A program made the position numbers and the translations under genes. DNA of 13,572 bases. It comes from Tubiluchus corallicola (lineage: Eukaryota; Animalia; Priapulida). Positions 10,699 to 13,572 of the stretch are shown in pieces (the stretch's first letter is position 1; every line of letters begins with the position of its first letter). Location: assembly GCA_030141605.1 (NCBI GenBank), contig JAQGDQ010002136.1:1-13572 (forward strand), written 5' to 3'. A model generated the notes under the pieces. It was given only the letters and a program-made list of their open reading frames with translations, made no database searches and was not told the DNA's origin.

Positions 10699-11606
10699 TT
10701 AGAGAAAACAAAAGGTCTTTTTCACACAGAAATGGTGTAAACGCAAGTTTTTGCTCATTGTGGGATAATTTTTCGCGCGAATTTCGATTATTGATACATA
10801 CTGCTATTCACTGAAATGGTGGAATTACTGATAAATTTTAGCGTCTCAAGCTACTGTCTTTGTGGCTTTGTAAAAGTGGCTCCTGCTTCGGGCAACGGGG
10901 TTCCTAAGTCGGACGCAAGGGCAGCTGCTGTCCCGCTAGGGCAGGATTCCAAAATTGGATTTCTATACAAAATTTGAAGAATTTTGTACATCTAATTAGT
11001 CAAAAAATGTTTATAGTCAGACTTATCAGACCTTGAAAAAAATCAACCACTTTACGAAATTAATGAAGATCATTAACGAATATAATAATTAATTAATGAA
11101 ATAAATGAAAATCTGCTGCTTGACCACCAACAAAAAATAGTCGATTGTAATCGATTACGATTAATCGATTACAATCACCAAGAATGAAACGATATTAAAT
11201 AACTCCAGTGGTTAAAAACGCGGTGTGACCACTCAGCTATTTCGCTCGCCTAGTGATTAGTTGATTTACGTGGCAGTCAAGCCAGAAAATAAACAAATAA
11301 ATGAAAATATAAACAAGGAAACAAACAAATAGCTAAATAAAACAAACGAAACCAACAAGAATGAAAAGAAAATTTAGCAAAAAAAAAAATTTCAATTTTC
11401 CTGAGCGTTGATTAAAATTTGGATACTTTTATAGCATCTATCACACTGCAAACTGTAATCCAAGGTCATCCATGCATTTACTAAGCAACTTCGGTATTGC
11501 TTAACTTTGGTAGCTAAACACACAACATGACCACTTGGTTATTCAGCTCTAACCTCGGCTCCCAGTAACACTATGCGTTGCCTTTTAGAAAAAATATTAA
11601 AATGTT

Positions 11607-11607
11607 A

Positions 11608-11678
<71 letters not shown>
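11607..11678. repeat. (TAAA)n microsatellite
   Basis: About 18 perfect TAAA units. It could be a retroposon tail, but the upstream body is not identifiable. Confidence 0.95.
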
Positions 11679-11680
<2 letters not shown>

Positions 11681-11724
11681 AATTAATTGGAGAATGGTTT
11701 CTAAGGGGGAGGAGGAGGGTGTGT

Positions 11725-12290
11725 GTGTGTGATTTTATACTACCGTAAGTATAGCATTTTATGTCGTGATATTTCACGTTTAAAGTATGCAGACAAAAAT
11801 ACATGTATGAATCGTATTTTTTGGAAGATCTTTTCCTTTAAATTACTAAATTTTAATCAACGAGAGATTGCACAACCGAATGTCTGCCTCAAGTTGCCTC
11901 TATTAGAAAAATTTTAAAATATCCTTATGACGCTAGTGCTAGAAACATTACAACAAATCTCAATACTTCCATGTTATCAATAGAAAGTGTGTAGTTGGTC
12001 TTTGTAATAGAGTTGCTATTAGTGAGAATGATATTTGTAAGAACTTGAGTGAATGTGATGCTTCCTTTACTTCCTCCAGTAGAAAGAAATAGATAGAAGT
12101 TCTTTATTGTTTTCAGTAATGCCTTGCCGATATAATTTTTATAGTTTATTCATTCGTTTACTTTGTGTGCCACTAATTAAGTCATAATTGTAACTTTTAC
12201 AACTTTTGTATGTAACTTTTGTCTTGAATGTAGTTTTGTATATATGAACTTAGAGTTTACAATAGACATAAATCATTAAATTAAAATTAG
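11725..12290 (+). mobile_element. Decayed, 5'-truncated LINE 3' end (C-terminus of RT ORF2 plus AT-rich 3' UTR)
   Basis: Three frames stitch into LYYRKYSILCRDISRL...EIAQPNVC / ASIRKILKYPYDASAR (from 11896) / QYFHVINRKCVVGLCNRVAISENDICKNLSECDASFTSSSRKK*IEVLYCFQ* (11961-12119). From memory, this resembles the post-RT tail of invertebrate L2/CR1-group LINEs (R.IL..P...SAS...F..LIRK....F..R...S.N.I.....S....W...LY). The TAG at 12090 sits where W is expected. A T-rich UTR-like tract follows and ends in an A/T-rich tail. No database search was run. Confidence 0.6.
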
Positions 12291-12421
12291 GTAAAGAGAG
12301 TTTGGGGACGCTTTACCGTTGTTGATCAAGTGAATATGTAATAAGCAGGTAGATTAGACTGGACGTAATGCGCCACGTGCTTCTGTAGCGGCTCAACCAC
12401 GTGGAAGGGGAGTTCCAAGAA

Positions 12422-13230
<809 letters not shown>

Positions 13231-13572
13231 AACCTCGGCGGTTTTTCAATACTTGGCTTCAAGCGACACAAGCGCCCCCTTGCAGACGCTTTGAAGCGTC
13301 CTAACTGCTCATTCTCACAAAATCTCGGCTCACAGAAGCAAGAGGAAATAACTGAAGAAGTTAACGTGGCGTAATGAAAAGCATGCGACTAACAAGCTTT
13401 CCTACTGCGTCCATTGCTCATTCTTTATCTTACCATGGCACCCTGCCTGCTCTCTTCCTGTTAACTGCATAATGGTTTCCAGTTCCTGGAAATTCAGGAG
13501 AGAAAAAATGGGGAAGTGGGAATTATAATTATTATCAGTTTATGCATGTATTAAAAGTATTGTAGCGACAAG

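Overview
Eukaryotic, most likely animal (invertebrate-like: AT-rich with CpG not obviously depleted; this is inference), intergenic or intronic DNA dominated by repeats. No intact, recognisable protein-coding or RNA gene is present, and almost all long ORFs in the track are translations of simple repeats. The sequence supports: two hAT-type MITEs with TIRs and 8-bp TSDs (155-517, 6443-6827); two TTAA-flanked Kolobok-like non-autonomous DNA transposons (1458-2120, 10175-10698); a decayed 3' end of a LINE reverse-transcriptase ORF (about 11725-12290); four minisatellites (73, 98, 78 and about 104-112 bp units); several very long microsatellites; and a few perfect hairpins. The best leads are a possible CpG-rich first exon that reappears when the 6443-6827 MITE is removed, a MITE whose empty site is preserved in neighbouring repeat units, and unidentified decayed protein-like segments (943-1284, 2160-3000, 4426-4910). 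I found no convincing evidence of a new biological system.
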